Source: Candidatus Poribacteria bacterium (GTDB lineage: Bacteria > Poribacteria > WGA-4E > PCPOR2b). Taken from it: a stretch of DNA of 64,000 bases. A program made the position numbers and the translations under genes. The stretch's first letter is position 1. Each line of letters opens with the position of its first letter. The notes under the pieces are model-generated. The model ran no database searches. It saw only the letters and a list, made by a program, of their open reading frames with translations, and was not told where the DNA came from. The stretch spans positions 1,088,001 through 1,152,000 of the forward strand of contig OZ242326.1 of NCBI GenBank assembly GCA_965208325.1, in the 5' to 3' direction. Of the stretch, positions 29,223 to 39,539 are shown piece after piece.

Positions 29223-29547
29223 CTGCGTACAAATGCCAACGCAAACCCTGTATCCGTTTTAACGCATCATTGCAAAAACTATGAAAATTTCATAGTACCA
29301 TTTTTTCAAAAGTCGGCTAAACCCGCACCCTACCTACGTTTACTGACATTCGTCGCCCGCTCTTTTTCACAGTTTACTATGAAAACTATGAAATTCTGGC
29401 ACCAAAATCGCCCATCGCTTCACAGATACGAAAATTTTACAACAACCTGATATTAGCGAGAATTACGATTAACTTTCGCAATAAACCAATGTGTGATAAA
29501 ATATCTTCGTCTTATTGCCGTACACTAGCGAGGAAAGGTGCCCACCC

Positions 29548-30729
29548 ATGCCGCAAGCGAAACCATTTTTGGAAAAAGTTCATATCAAAAACTACCGGAG
29601 TTTGCGCGATGTCACTCTCTCGCTTAAACCAATAACAGTGCTAGTCGGACCGAACGCAAGTGGCAAATCAAATATCATAAGAGCCTTGAACGGTCTGAGC
29701 GCGATGATGATACGTGAAAGCCTGCCCCAAGTTCAGGCATTTCGAGACGCGCTTTGGGCAGGCGGTGCGAACGACATAGCTTTCCAATTACAAGCAAGAG
29801 TCGGGAAGTTCCTGGCCATATATGATTTGGTGCTTAAAGGGGATACTGATGAGACTTCAGTGGACGAGGCATTATTGGTAAACGATGTTCAAGTCATATC
29901 AATTCAGAGCGGCCAGGGCGTAGTTCAGGATGAGGATGGCACGACGCGGACAAAATACAAATCCAAAAAACTCGCTTTGAAATCGGCTGGCGATTACGGA
30001 AACAAGCCAGTTACAAAAGCCCTAACCCAGTACATTAAGGCTTGGGTAATTTCTGATTTACGACCGGAACGCATACGAGATGATTTCGAGGAATTTACGT
30101 TAGTTACAGCGGGACTAACTCCTGGTCAATCCAGTACGTTGCGTGACTCTTCACGGCATCGTAATAGACATGTAATATCTGCGCAACTCTGGTACTGGTA
30201 CGAGAACGATCGCGCGCGTTTCGACAGCGTAAGTTCATCCCTCGAAAATTCTACAAATTTCAGAATAGACCAATGCCCAATTGACGGAAACGATCAACTC
30301 TGTCTGTTGAAAGGATATGAGACGCCGCTAACTCTGGTGGGCGCATCTGACGGCACATTGAGTCTCGTCGCATACTACGTCATTCTCAACCAGCCCGAAT
30401 TACCACCACTTCTTGCCCTTGAAGAACCGGAGCGCAATCTCCACCCCGGAGTTTTGACCGACATTGCAAATGTCCTTGAACAGCTTTCCAAACGTACCCA
30501 AGTCATTATCACGACCCATAGCTCCCAACTCCTTGATGCCTTTAATAGTGAAAATTTGTCGGAGTCGTTGGGGGTTTTGCTCCTACGCAACCGCCCCGGT
30601 AGTGGGACGGAAGTTATCAACATTGAAGACATCCGCGAAAACAGAGCCTCCCTGGACGGTTGGATTACGGATTTCGGAATTGGCAGCGCGATTTTTGAGA
30701 GTGAACTTCTGCAAGACCTAATGGAGTAA
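29548..30729 (+). CDS. AAA/ABC-type ATPase (AAA_21-like, defence-associated)
   Basis: IKNYRSL, GPNASGKS Walker A, SDGT signature, LEEPERNLHP Walker B, TTHS. Confidence 0.9.
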   Translation: MPQAKPFLEKVHIKNYRSLRDVTLSLKPITVLVGPNASGKSNIIRALNGLSAMMIRESLPQVQAFRDALWAGGANDIAFQLQARVGKFLAIYDLVLKGDTDETSVDEALLVNDVQVISIQSGQGVVQDEDGTTRTKYKSKKLALKSAGDYGNKPVTKALTQYIKAWVISDLRPERIRDDFEEFTLVTAGLTPGQSSTLRDSSRHRNRHVISAQLWYWYENDRARFDSVSSSLENSTNFRIDQCPIDGNDQLCLLKGYETPLTLVGASDGTLSLVAYYVILNQPELPPLLALEEPERNLHPGVLTDIANVLEQLSKRTQVIITTHSSQLLDAFNSENLSESLGVLLLRNRPGSGTEVINIEDIRENRASLDGWITDFGIGSAIFESELLQDLME

Positions 30730-30734
30730 CCAGA

Positions 30735-31271
30735 ATGTCAACTGTAAGAATCTGGGATTTGAATTCGGATTACAACGCTATATCGGTCAAACGTATGACT
30801 GAAAAGTTGTCGCCAGATTTGCAACCTGCTGGACCACTAACGATCCGAACAGCCCGTAAAAAGGGGTTCCTGATTCGAAAAGGAAAAGGGAAAACCTTGA
30901 GCAACACATTGAGGAAGGCGATTCACCATTACCTCCAACAAGATGACTATGTCATTTTCGTCGCCGATTCCAATAGTCCGCCGCTGACACATCTACAACC
31001 ACAAACGTCGGACTCTTTAATCCGTCACGTTGAACAAGTCGTACAAGACAATATATTTGATGGCAAGGTATTCCTCGCACGAGGTATTCAGGAATTGAAA
31101 GCGTGGTTGCCAATTGTGCATAAATCTCTTGCAAGCCGCTCAACGAAATGGCAAGAAGAGTGGAACAGTGCCGTCGCGCTATTCCACGACGCCTTTGCCA
31201 ACACGCCTGAGAATGAGGTTGCGCGAGATCTTGATGAAACACTGGCGGAGGTGAGGCGTGAACGAACCTGA
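30735..31271 (+). CDS. Hypothetical protein: DUF4276/TOPRIM-like N-terminus joined to an antitoxin-like tail
   Basis: VIFVADS and QELKAWL resemble DUF4276 motifs; acidic helical tail EVARDLDETLAEVR overlaps the start of a PIN gene. Confidence 0.55.
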   Translation: MSTVRIWDLNSDYNAISVKRMTEKLSPDLQPAGPLTIRTARKKGFLIRKGKGKTLSNTLRKAIHHYLQQDDYVIFVADSNSPPLTHLQPQTSDSLIRHVEQVVQDNIFDGKVFLARGIQELKAWLPIVHKSLASRSTKWQEEWNSAVALFHDAFANTPENEVARDLDETLAEVRRERT

Positions 31272-31725
31272 AAATCGGTGGCGCGTTTACCGGATAACTA
31301 TTGACACCAATGTCCTTTTGCGTTCATTAATTGGGAGCAAAAACGACGCTAATCAACTGCTCTCCCTTTGGCATGAGTTGCGGTTTGTCCTTGTGTTATC
31401 GCAGGCAATTCTTGATGAAATACGGGAAGTTCTGACAAGACCCAATCTCACCCAAAAATATTCATATACGTTGCATTCAGTCACCAATCTAATCAATCTA
31501 TTGGGGCAACGAGCAGTCATTGTTGAAGTGCCTTTCTCATATGAATTATGCCGCGATGTTAAAGATAATCCGGTAGCCGATTGTGCGGTCTGGGGAAGAG
31601 TACAATTCTTGGTATCCTATGACAACGACTTCTTAGAAGATTCCACACTCAGACAAGTTTTGTTCGAATTTGGCGTTGAAATCGTTCATCCCGGTACCTT
31701 TCTGGAGACAATTCAGGGCACGTAA
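31258..31725 (+). CDS. PIN-domain toxin (putative TA toxin)
   Basis: IDTNVL, ILDE...VL.RP, CRDVKDN and LVSYDND acidic PIN motifs. Confidence 0.9.
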   Translation: MNEPENRWRVYRITIDTNVLLRSLIGSKNDANQLLSLWHELRFVLVLSQAILDEIREVLTRPNLTQKYSYTLHSVTNLINLLGQRAVIVEVPFSYELCRDVKDNPVADCAVWGRVQFLVSYDNDFLEDSTLRQVLFEFGVEIVHPGTFLETIQGT

Positions 31726-31947
31726 GTCAACGCATCCGTTCCCGTCATTGATCGAGAGACGTTACATCTCAACAAATCTCTCCGCAAGCTAGGAAACGCG
31801 CTCGCCCATTTCAATTGATGGGACTGAAAGCCCCTTTTTTTTATAGACTGTAAAAACTGTAATTTTTTCGCAAGGGATTTACTGGACTAAAGGCAACGCT
31901 CAACTAAGCAAGGAAAGGGCAAACGTCACCTGACACAGTAAGAGAAT

Positions 31948-32238
31948 ATGAGTGAAGATATTAGATTCGAGCAGAGTTTTGGTAATGTGTTTCAGGACAT
32001 CGGTTTTCCCGTTGCCGAAGCTGAACGTGAACTCTTAAAGGCGGACCTCGCCTTTGAAATCCTCACAATTCTTAAGAAACGAAAACTGTCACAGGCAAAA
32101 GCGGGGAAAATCCTGAACATCGATCAGGCCGATGTATCCCGACTGAAGAACGGTGATTTTGACCGTTTTAGCGTGGAAATTCTGCTTACGTTTCTGAATC
32201 GGCTGAGCGAAAACTCAAAGGGAACTTACAAACGGTGA
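31948..32238 (+). CDS. XRE-family HTH protein (HigA-like antitoxin)
   Basis: GNVFQDIGF, LSQAKAGKILNIDQADVSRL, FSVEILL motifs. Confidence 0.85.
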   Translation: MSEDIRFEQSFGNVFQDIGFPVAEAERELLKADLAFEILTILKKRKLSQAKAGKILNIDQADVSRLKNGDFDRFSVEILLTFLNRLSENSKGTYKR

Positions 32239-32266
32239 TTTGAATCCTCAATAATAGGAGGGCACT

Positions 32267-32608
32267 ATGCAACTTACTAGCCTCTTTGACTTTATCAGCC
32301 CCAAATTGATTCGAATCAAAGGCACTCGAGTCGGTATCGAAATTGTCATTGAGAAATTTCTTGACGGTGCAAACCCCGATGAAATTCGAAGACTGCACCC
32401 GCATCTTACATTAAAGCAGATTTATGGGACGATTACCTACTACCTGTTCAACAAAGAACCAATCGACGCCTATATCGAAGCCGGGCGCAAGCAAGCTGAA
32501 GAGGCTTATGATGAACAGCGAAAAAATCCGCCCCCGGGCGTGGCGCGGCTCATGAAGATTAAAGCCCAGCGTGAAGCCTTACACTTGCAACTCCGTGAAA
32601 AATCATAA
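32267..32608 (+). CDS. DUF433-domain antitoxin
   Basis: IRIKGTRVGIE...GANPDEI...PHLTLKQIYGTITYY; GGAGG RBS. Confidence 0.9.
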   Translation: MQLTSLFDFISPKLIRIKGTRVGIEIVIEKFLDGANPDEIRRLHPHLTLKQIYGTITYYLFNKEPIDAYIEAGRKQAEEAYDEQRKNPPPGVARLMKIKAQREALHLQLREKS

Positions 32609-32976
32609 TGAGCAACCGCCCGTTTCGGTTCCTGATTGATGAGGACACTGCACACGTCATTCGAGACGGATTCCTGCGGCGTCAGCCGGACGCTGAAGTG
32701 CTCGTGATTGGCGGCGAAGGCGCGCCAAAAATTGGAACGAATGACGAGGAAATTCTTGATTTTCTCGAACGCGAAACGTACATACTAGTTTCGTCAAACC
32801 GACGCACAATGCCAGAACATCTGCATGCGCACCTGCAAAAAGGTAGACACATTCCCGGTATCCTGCTCTTGCGACCTAGATCCTCTTATAGGCAAATAAT
32901 TGATGTACTTGAGCTAATCTGGCTCGCTGGCATACCAACCGATTTTCACGATCGGCTCACACATATTCCGTTCTGA
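32608..32976 (+). CDS. DUF5615 PIN-like toxin
   Basis: FLIDED, GTNDEEIL, ILVSSNRRTMPEH, HIPGI motifs; TAATG coupling to the DUF433 gene. Confidence 0.88.
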   Translation: MSNRPFRFLIDEDTAHVIRDGFLRRQPDAEVLVIGGEGAPKIGTNDEEILDFLERETYILVSSNRRTMPEHLHAHLQKGRHIPGILLLRPRSSYRQIIDVLELIWLAGIPTDFHDRLTHIPF

Positions 32977-33084
32977 TAGGCGTGATTCACGGCGGCTAGC
33001 CCATCAATCTCCCTGCCGCTCACGCACATGCGCTTGGGGAGGGTGTGCAGCTAACTGAATTTTGGAAAAACTCAATTCAATTTG

Positions 33085-33129
33085 AATCCGTGTAATCCAT
33101 TAATCCGCGGCAATCCGCGATTCAGACAA
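33085..33129. repeat. Solo right arm of the GGAT/ATCC-periodic repeat family
   Basis: AATCCGTGTAATCCATTAATCCGCGGCAATCCGCGATTCAGACAA; ATCC spacing 9-8-10. A second copy lies at 33372-33413. Confidence 0.75.
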
Positions 33130-33429
33130 CAAGAAGTTCGCCATACGGAAGTACATTTTCATTTTCTTTCATTGCTTCTCCGAAAGCATCATAGACTTCG
33201 ACCGAGAAACTGACGATTAATCGCCGGCACGCATCGCCTATCGGCTGACACGGTCGCCACTATAACAGATTACACCTAACGAGTCCCGTTGACGATGAAA
33301 AAAAGACAATGCCGGAATGAAAACGCAACATCCATTTTTGCGAAACGAAGCCAAATATGATGGATGTCTTCAATCTGCGCTATCCTAAAATCCGCGGCAA
33401 TCCGCGATTCAGAGATTTGGAGAGTGAAA

Positions 33430-34221
33430 ATGAGTCCGACGAATACAGATGAAAGTTGGGAAATTACGTCGTCCGTCACCGATGAACAGGTTTCATTTTA
33501 CAACGAGAACGGTTATCTCAAATTTGGCAAGATTTTTACTCGGGCAGAATTGGACGAATTGCGCGGTTACGTCGATGATATGGTCGCTACGCTCCCCGAA
33601 GGCAAACGCCCCGAACACATGGACGTGCCGCACTTTGAACACCCGTATCTGTTTAAGTACCTTGCGGATCCGCGTGTGCTAGACGTGATAGAACGCTTCA
33701 TCGGACCCGATATCCTCCTCTGGTCGAGCCATTTCGTCACCAAACCCAAGACCGACGGACTGCCGGCGCCGTGGCACCAGGACGGCGTCTACTGGAACGG
33801 CCGATTGGAACCGATGCATGTAATCACGATGTGGCTGGCTGTGGACGAATCCTCAGTTCAGAACGGCTGCATGCGCGTAATCGCCGGGAGCCATAGACTC
33901 AGAGATCGGCGCTACGAGCATGTCGATCCGAAAAAAAACATATTCGGCGCCGAAGTCGTCGCTGAAGATTTGGATGCGTCGAGGATTGTTAACCTAGAAC
34001 TGGCCGTCGGCGAATGCCATTTTCACGACGCCTTTACCATCCACGGATCGGCTGCAAATTCCTCGCAAAAACGGCGATGCGGCTTTACGATGCGTTACAT
34101 GCCTGCGAGTGTCTTGTGCCATGACCCGAGATTGGCACCTGCCCATCGCATCTACCTGTTGCGGGGCGAAGATCGAAGCAACGGTTTCAACACTTACACC
34201 CCGGTGCCGGATTTCCCCTAA
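33430..34221 (+). CDS. Phytanoyl-CoA dioxygenase family protein
   Basis: WHQDG, NGCMRVIAGSH and HGSAANSS..RR motifs. Start placed at ATG 33430 because the upstream extension is repeat-derived. Confidence 0.9.
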   Translation: MSPTNTDESWEITSSVTDEQVSFYNENGYLKFGKIFTRAELDELRGYVDDMVATLPEGKRPEHMDVPHFEHPYLFKYLADPRVLDVIERFIGPDILLWSSHFVTKPKTDGLPAPWHQDGVYWNGRLEPMHVITMWLAVDESSVQNGCMRVIAGSHRLRDRRYEHVDPKKNIFGAEVVAEDLDASRIVNLELAVGECHFHDAFTIHGSAANSSQKRRCGFTMRYMPASVLCHDPRLAPAHRIYLLRGEDRSNGFNTYTPVPDFP

Positions 34222-34374
34222 ACGGCTCGCCGAAATCCTTTACTTCTTGATATGCCCGCAGACCCTAACCAGTGCTGTACCAGACGTTACCCTCTTGTAA
34301 TTAAAATGAAATTGGTGATATAATCATGGTGCGATTATTGTAATTCCCCAGGAAATGACCATCGTGGAGGACAA

Positions 34375-35043
34375 ATGACGAACATAGAAAGCGACGATCC
34401 CAACGACTATGCACGTAGCCGTCTAGATCGCGGCATGGAGATGCAGCGGCGAGGGTTTTTGGACGTTGCTATTCCCTACTACACTGAAGTCATACAGTTT
34501 GAGCAGGTAGACCCCGCAACACTTATTGATGCTTGCGGCAAAAGGGGCGAGTGTTACTTAAAAAAAGGCGATTTGGAGTGGGCAATCAAAGATTTTGACA
34601 GAGTGATAAATGAGTTGCCTGAATACCCTGACAGTGCCAATGTCTATAAGAATCGAGGTACCGCTTACCTCGGAACGGGCAAGTTTGACCGCGCCGCCGA
34701 AGACTTTACGAAGGCGATTGAACTGAAACCCGGTTACGCAAACGCCTTCCGGCTTCGCGGTATAGTTTACTGCAGAAAGGGCGAATATAACCGTGCCATT
34801 GAAGACTTCTCCGTGGTGATTGCATTGAAGCCGAATTATGCCAAGACCTACTACAATCGCGGTATAGCATGGCTGCATTTGGGAGAGTGGGAAAGAGCCA
34901 AATCCGATCTGATGAACTCCTCGAGTATGAAGATGGACACTATTGCCGCATTCCGTGACGAATACCAAAGCGTTGCAGACTTCGAGCAGAAACTCGGGAT
35001 TCAAGTGCCGGTTGACATCATCCCATTGCTTAGGCGCGGTTAA
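34375..35043 (+). CDS. Tetratricopeptide repeat protein
   Basis: Four to five TPR units (e.g. YKNRGTAY...DFTKAIELKP); GGAGG RBS. Confidence 0.9.
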   Translation: MTNIESDDPNDYARSRLDRGMEMQRRGFLDVAIPYYTEVIQFEQVDPATLIDACGKRGECYLKKGDLEWAIKDFDRVINELPEYPDSANVYKNRGTAYLGTGKFDRAAEDFTKAIELKPGYANAFRLRGIVYCRKGEYNRAIEDFSVVIALKPNYAKTYYNRGIAWLHLGEWERAKSDLMNSSSMKMDTIAAFRDEYQSVADFEQKLGIQVPVDIIPLLRRG

Positions 35044-35512
35044 GGACATTTTGTGAATTGACGTTTTAGTGGAACTGCCATCGGCACATTGTTCTTTGAA
35101 CAAGGAAAAATTCGCTAGCAAACACGTCTCAATACTGGCAGAGAACCGCCAGCGGCAATTTGGCGGCAGCTGCGGCTAGAGGATTTAGCGGCTGATACAA
35201 CTGGCACGCCATTGCCGGCAAGCGCCTCTTGCACCAAAGTCGGTGACAATTAGACTCTTTTTGAAACACTTACGGATTCCTTAATGCGAAGCCGATTAAA
35301 ATGACCATTAATACCGGTTCCCGCCATTCCGTTCGGACAAAAATTATAATTTTATCTGTATCTGATCACTTGCCCCGATGTAAATCAAGATATGCTGGAA
35401 GATTATGACGCCGATCGGATTTCTTTAAACCCAACGGTTACACAGCGCTTTTCAAACGAATTTCTTGAGTTTTGAATCCGACGCGGTTCCACCCGAAGGG
35501 AGAAAACCTCTT

Positions 35513-37405
35513 ATGAAAATAACCCAATTTTTCAAGACCGTGCTCTTATCCGCCTCTCTTTTTCTGCTGCTGAATGGATGCGGAAAAACTGTGAAAATTC
35601 AACCTCCCCCTGAATACAACAATTGGAATCTACCGCATGGCGCCGCAATGCGGCTCGGAAAGGGTGAAGTCAACGACATCGCTTATGCACCAGATGGCAC
35701 TAAGTTCGCCGTGGCGAGTAGTATCGGGGTGTGGCTTTATGATGCCCGCGACGGCACGGAAATCGCCTTGATTACGGCGCATACGGAAGGGGCGAGCGCG
35801 GTGGCGTTTTCCCCGGACGGTAGTACCCTCGCCAGTGGAAGTTCGAGCGATCTCATCTCCGGAAGCATGCACGGTTCGATTTGGCTGTGGGAGACCGCCA
35901 CTGGACAGCACAAACAGACGCTTCAAGGGCATGATCGCCTCGTTAATTCGTTAGTGTTCTCACCAGACGGGAACACTCTTGCCAGCGCAAGTCGGGACGA
36001 TACGGTTCGGCTCTGGGATGTCGCTACCGGGCACCCTCTCCAAACCCTTGAGGGGCACACGAGCGAAGTAAATTCCGTCGCGTTCTCTCCGGACGGAGCC
36101 ACGCTTGCCAGCGGCAGCGGGGACAATACAGCACGGTTGTGGGAGGTCGCCACGGGTCGCCCTATCAAAACCCTTGAGGGACATGAGAAATCTGTCAACT
36201 CAGTGTCATTTTCCCCGGATGGACATATCCTCGCCTGTGCGAGCGAGACGGTCTGGTTGTGGGATGTTGCAGCAATGGAACCGAAATGGACCCTAGAGGT
36301 CGGCCCGCACGTATGGGAGGTAGATGACGTGGCGTATGCCCCGGACGGTAAAACGGTCGCCAGTATCTGCTCGGGAAAAATTCAGTTGTGGGACGTTGCG
36401 ACAGCCGGGCTAAAGCGCACACTTCCGAGGACCGGCTGGATTCAGTTCCTCGCGTACTCGTCTGACAGCGGTACACTCGCGGCTGCAAGTCCGTACCACG
36501 GAATTCACTTTTGGGATATGGAAACGATGCAACTCAAACACACGATTGGCGGACATACAGCTAGCGTCCGGTCCCTTGCTTTCTCCCCGGATGGGGAGAG
36601 CCTTGCAAGCGGCGGTGGCACGTTTCACTTGTGGAATGTAAACGCGGGCCGGCAAAGACACATATTCAAGGGCAAATACATGGGACATCCCGTGGCATAT
36701 TCCCCGGACGGTACCAGCCTCGTCAGCGGAATTAGGGAAAATGCGCTTAGGTTATGGGATGCCTCCACCGGTCAGCGTATTCAAGTTTTTGAGGGACACA
36801 CTGAGTACGTAAACGCTGCCGCATTCTCCCCTGACGGCTCTCTCCTCGCTAGTGGAGCCAGCGATAACACAGTTCGCTGTTGGGACGTTTCAAGCGGTCA
36901 ACTGAAATATGTCCTTGATGCCCACACAGACGTTGTTGAGTCCGTAGAATTTTCACCAAATGGACGTACCCTCGCCAGTGCGAGTAGAGACAAAACCGTA
37001 CGGTTGTGGGACGCTGCTACGGGTGAAGCCAAGGGCAGCGTTGAAGGGCATCGTCACGCCGTCAATGCTCTAGCGTTCTCGCCCGATGGCCGTCTACTCG
37101 CTAGCGCGGATTGGGGAGAAGTTCGATTGTGGGATGCCGCTTCGGGCAAATACCTTCGTACCTTAACTGTCAACACGAGCGGCGTCGAGTCCATCACGTT
37201 CTCTCCGGACGGCAAATTCCTGGCTAGCGGAAACTGGAACGCCATCATTTGGTTGTGGGAGGTCGACACAGGCCGGCATTTGCGCATTCTATCAGGACAC
37301 ATGGGCGGCGTGGGCGACCTCACGTTCTCTCCGGATGGTACCGTCCTCGCTAGCGGGAGTCGGGACGGCACCATTCTGCTCTGGACGTCGTTCTTACCGC
37401 ACTGA
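35513..37405 (+). CDS. WD40-repeat lipoprotein
   Basis: Signal peptide with LLNGC lipobox from ATG 35513; about 14 GH...FSPDG...WD repeats. Confidence 0.92.
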   Translation: MKITQFFKTVLLSASLFLLLNGCGKTVKIQPPPEYNNWNLPHGAAMRLGKGEVNDIAYAPDGTKFAVASSIGVWLYDARDGTEIALITAHTEGASAVAFSPDGSTLASGSSSDLISGSMHGSIWLWETATGQHKQTLQGHDRLVNSLVFSPDGNTLASASRDDTVRLWDVATGHPLQTLEGHTSEVNSVAFSPDGATLASGSGDNTARLWEVATGRPIKTLEGHEKSVNSVSFSPDGHILACASETVWLWDVAAMEPKWTLEVGPHVWEVDDVAYAPDGKTVASICSGKIQLWDVATAGLKRTLPRTGWIQFLAYSSDSGTLAAASPYHGIHFWDMETMQLKHTIGGHTASVRSLAFSPDGESLASGGGTFHLWNVNAGRQRHIFKGKYMGHPVAYSPDGTSLVSGIRENALRLWDASTGQRIQVFEGHTEYVNAAAFSPDGSLLASGASDNTVRCWDVSSGQLKYVLDAHTDVVESVEFSPNGRTLASASRDKTVRLWDAATGEAKGSVEGHRHAVNALAFSPDGRLLASADWGEVRLWDAASGKYLRTLTVNTSGVESITFSPDGKFLASGNWNAIIWLWEVDTGRHLRILSGHMGGVGDLTFSPDGTVLASGSRDGTILLWTSFLPH

Positions 37406-37532
37406 CAATGCGTGTGAATGTGCGCCGTTTTAATGGCGGCAGCCATTGGTGTTGAGCCGGGAGTATTGACCGGCCACCGGGAGACGTAAACAGTCGATTT
37501 GCGCGGCGTTAACCAACAAGGAGTACCTACTG

Positions 37533-39446
37533 ATGAAAAGATTGCTAGATTTAAAACTCGCATTCGCGCTTCCGTTTATTCTGTTCCTCCTGAATAGCTG
37601 CGGCAAATCCGAGAGAATTCATCAAACGCCGGAATTTAATCGGTGGCACATGCCCCAAAATGTCAAGTTCCGTCTCGGAAAAGGGAGTGTCAACGATTTA
37701 ACCTATTCGCCAGATGGCTCTCGCCTTGCTGTGGCGAGCAGTATCGGAATCTGGCTTTATGATGCGTACACGGGCGAGGAATCTGCCCTGCTTACTCGGC
37801 ACTCCTATGGCGTGCACTCTGTCGCCTTCTCGCCGGACGGCAAGATCATCGCCAGCGGGAATTCGGAAAACGTCCACGGCGCAGCAGGAGATAGTACAGT
37901 TCGATTGTGGAATGCGAACACAAGGGAACTCAAGCTAACTCTCCAAGGACATGGACTTCAGGTCAATGCTGTTACGTTTTCTCCAGACGGAAGAACCGTT
38001 GCCGGCGGCGGCCAGGATGATACAATCCGCTTGTGGGATGTCGCAACTGGCCAGCTCAAAATGACGCTCTTTAGACCTGAAAGCGGCGTCAACTCCTTAG
38101 CATACTCGCCGGATGGTGAAACCCTTGCTTGCAGCGGTTATGACAATACAATTCAGTTGTGGGACGCAAACACCGGAAAACTCAAGCAGACGATGGATGG
38201 ACACACGAGCTCCATTACGTCTATCAAATTTTCTCCAAATGGAAACACGCTCGCTAGTGCAAGCCACGACATGACGGTGCTTTTGTGGGACACAAACACC
38301 GGAAATTCTAACCATGCCCTGAAAGGCCATGAAGCGGGAGTTGAATGCGTCGCTTTTTCTCCGGACGGTACCACGCTCGTAACTGGCGGAATGGACTACA
38401 GCATTCGTCTATGGGATGCCGCGACAGGGCAGCACAAACTAGCCTATAAGAATACCGGATGGGTTAAATCTGTCGTGTACGCCCCAGATGGCAAAACCAT
38501 CGCTAGCGGTGGAGACGGAGATACAATCTATTTTTGGGATGTTGCGACCGGGGAACGCAAGAAAATTTTAGAAGGCCACTTGACAGATGTGCACACTTTA
38601 GCGTTCTCCCCGGACGGGGATTCCCTAGCAAGCGGCGATCGTACCATTCGGTTTTGGGACGTTAATTCTGGACAATACACCCATAGTGTAGACGACCGAA
38701 GGGCCGCAAAGGATATTGCATATTCCCCGGACGGCCTAGTCGTTGCCAGCGGCAGTTGGGACAAGAAAGTCAGGTTGTGGGACGCCAACTCCGGACAACT
38801 GAAACTGGTCCTTGAGGGACATTCGGAGTTGGTCAATTCAGTTGCGTTCTCGCCGGATGGGAATACGCTCGTCAGCGGAAGTAAAGACACGACGATTTAC
38901 TTGCAGGATACTGGTACTGCGGAAATTACGGGAAACCTTGAAGGGCATGCGGATGCGGTAAATTCTGTCGTCTTTTCCCCAAACGGCCGCTCAATAGCAA
39001 GCGGCAGCTCGGACAAGACCGTCCGTTTGTGGGACACCAACTCCGGGCAACAAAAGATGATTCTCGAGGGGCACACCGGTAAGGTCGAGTCCGTCGCGTT
39101 TACACCCGATGGGAATACCCTTGCCAGCGCGTCCGGAGACTACACAATTCGGTTGTGGGACGCCACAACAGGCGATCACCTGCGAACACTTAATGGAGCG
39201 TTTAGAAGTTGGCTCAGCGTTGTCGCGTTTTCCCCGGATGGTAAGTACATCGCAAGTGGTAGTTGGGACAATCGAATTCGATTGTGGGATGTGGCTGCGG
39301 GCCAAATTGTACAGACGCTTGAAGGGCACACGCTTGGCGTCGAGTCCTTAGCGTTCTCTCCGGACGGCAACACGCTTGCCAGCGGCAGCCGCGACGGAAC
39401 TATCTTGCTTTGGACGGTAGAACTAAGACCAAATTCGCCGCGCTAA
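37533..39446 (+). CDS. WD40-repeat lipoprotein
   Basis: LLNSC lipobox; about 14 WD40 repeats; AAGGAG RBS. Confidence 0.93.
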   Translation: MKRLLDLKLAFALPFILFLLNSCGKSERIHQTPEFNRWHMPQNVKFRLGKGSVNDLTYSPDGSRLAVASSIGIWLYDAYTGEESALLTRHSYGVHSVAFSPDGKIIASGNSENVHGAAGDSTVRLWNANTRELKLTLQGHGLQVNAVTFSPDGRTVAGGGQDDTIRLWDVATGQLKMTLFRPESGVNSLAYSPDGETLACSGYDNTIQLWDANTGKLKQTMDGHTSSITSIKFSPNGNTLASASHDMTVLLWDTNTGNSNHALKGHEAGVECVAFSPDGTTLVTGGMDYSIRLWDAATGQHKLAYKNTGWVKSVVYAPDGKTIASGGDGDTIYFWDVATGERKKILEGHLTDVHTLAFSPDGDSLASGDRTIRFWDVNSGQYTHSVDDRRAAKDIAYSPDGLVVASGSWDKKVRLWDANSGQLKLVLEGHSELVNSVAFSPDGNTLVSGSKDTTIYLQDTGTAEITGNLEGHADAVNSVVFSPNGRSIASGSSDKTVRLWDTNSGQQKMILEGHTGKVESVAFTPDGNTLASASGDYTIRLWDATTGDHLRTLNGAFRSWLSVVAFSPDGKYIASGSWDNRIRLWDVAAGQIVQTLEGHTLGVESLAFSPDGNTLASGSRDGTILLWTVELRPNSPR

Positions 39447-39539
39447 GTAAATGAAGTCTTCACACCTTGTATATTTAAGGCGTTTCCGCCCCAAAAATTT
39501 TGATATTCCATTGGGGCGCCATTCCATCAGATTAAGGGA

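Noticed and set aside
35202..35215. Sigma54 promoter TGGCACGCCATTGC upstream of the WD40 genes
   Set aside because: GG-to-GC spacing is 9 nt rather than the required 10.
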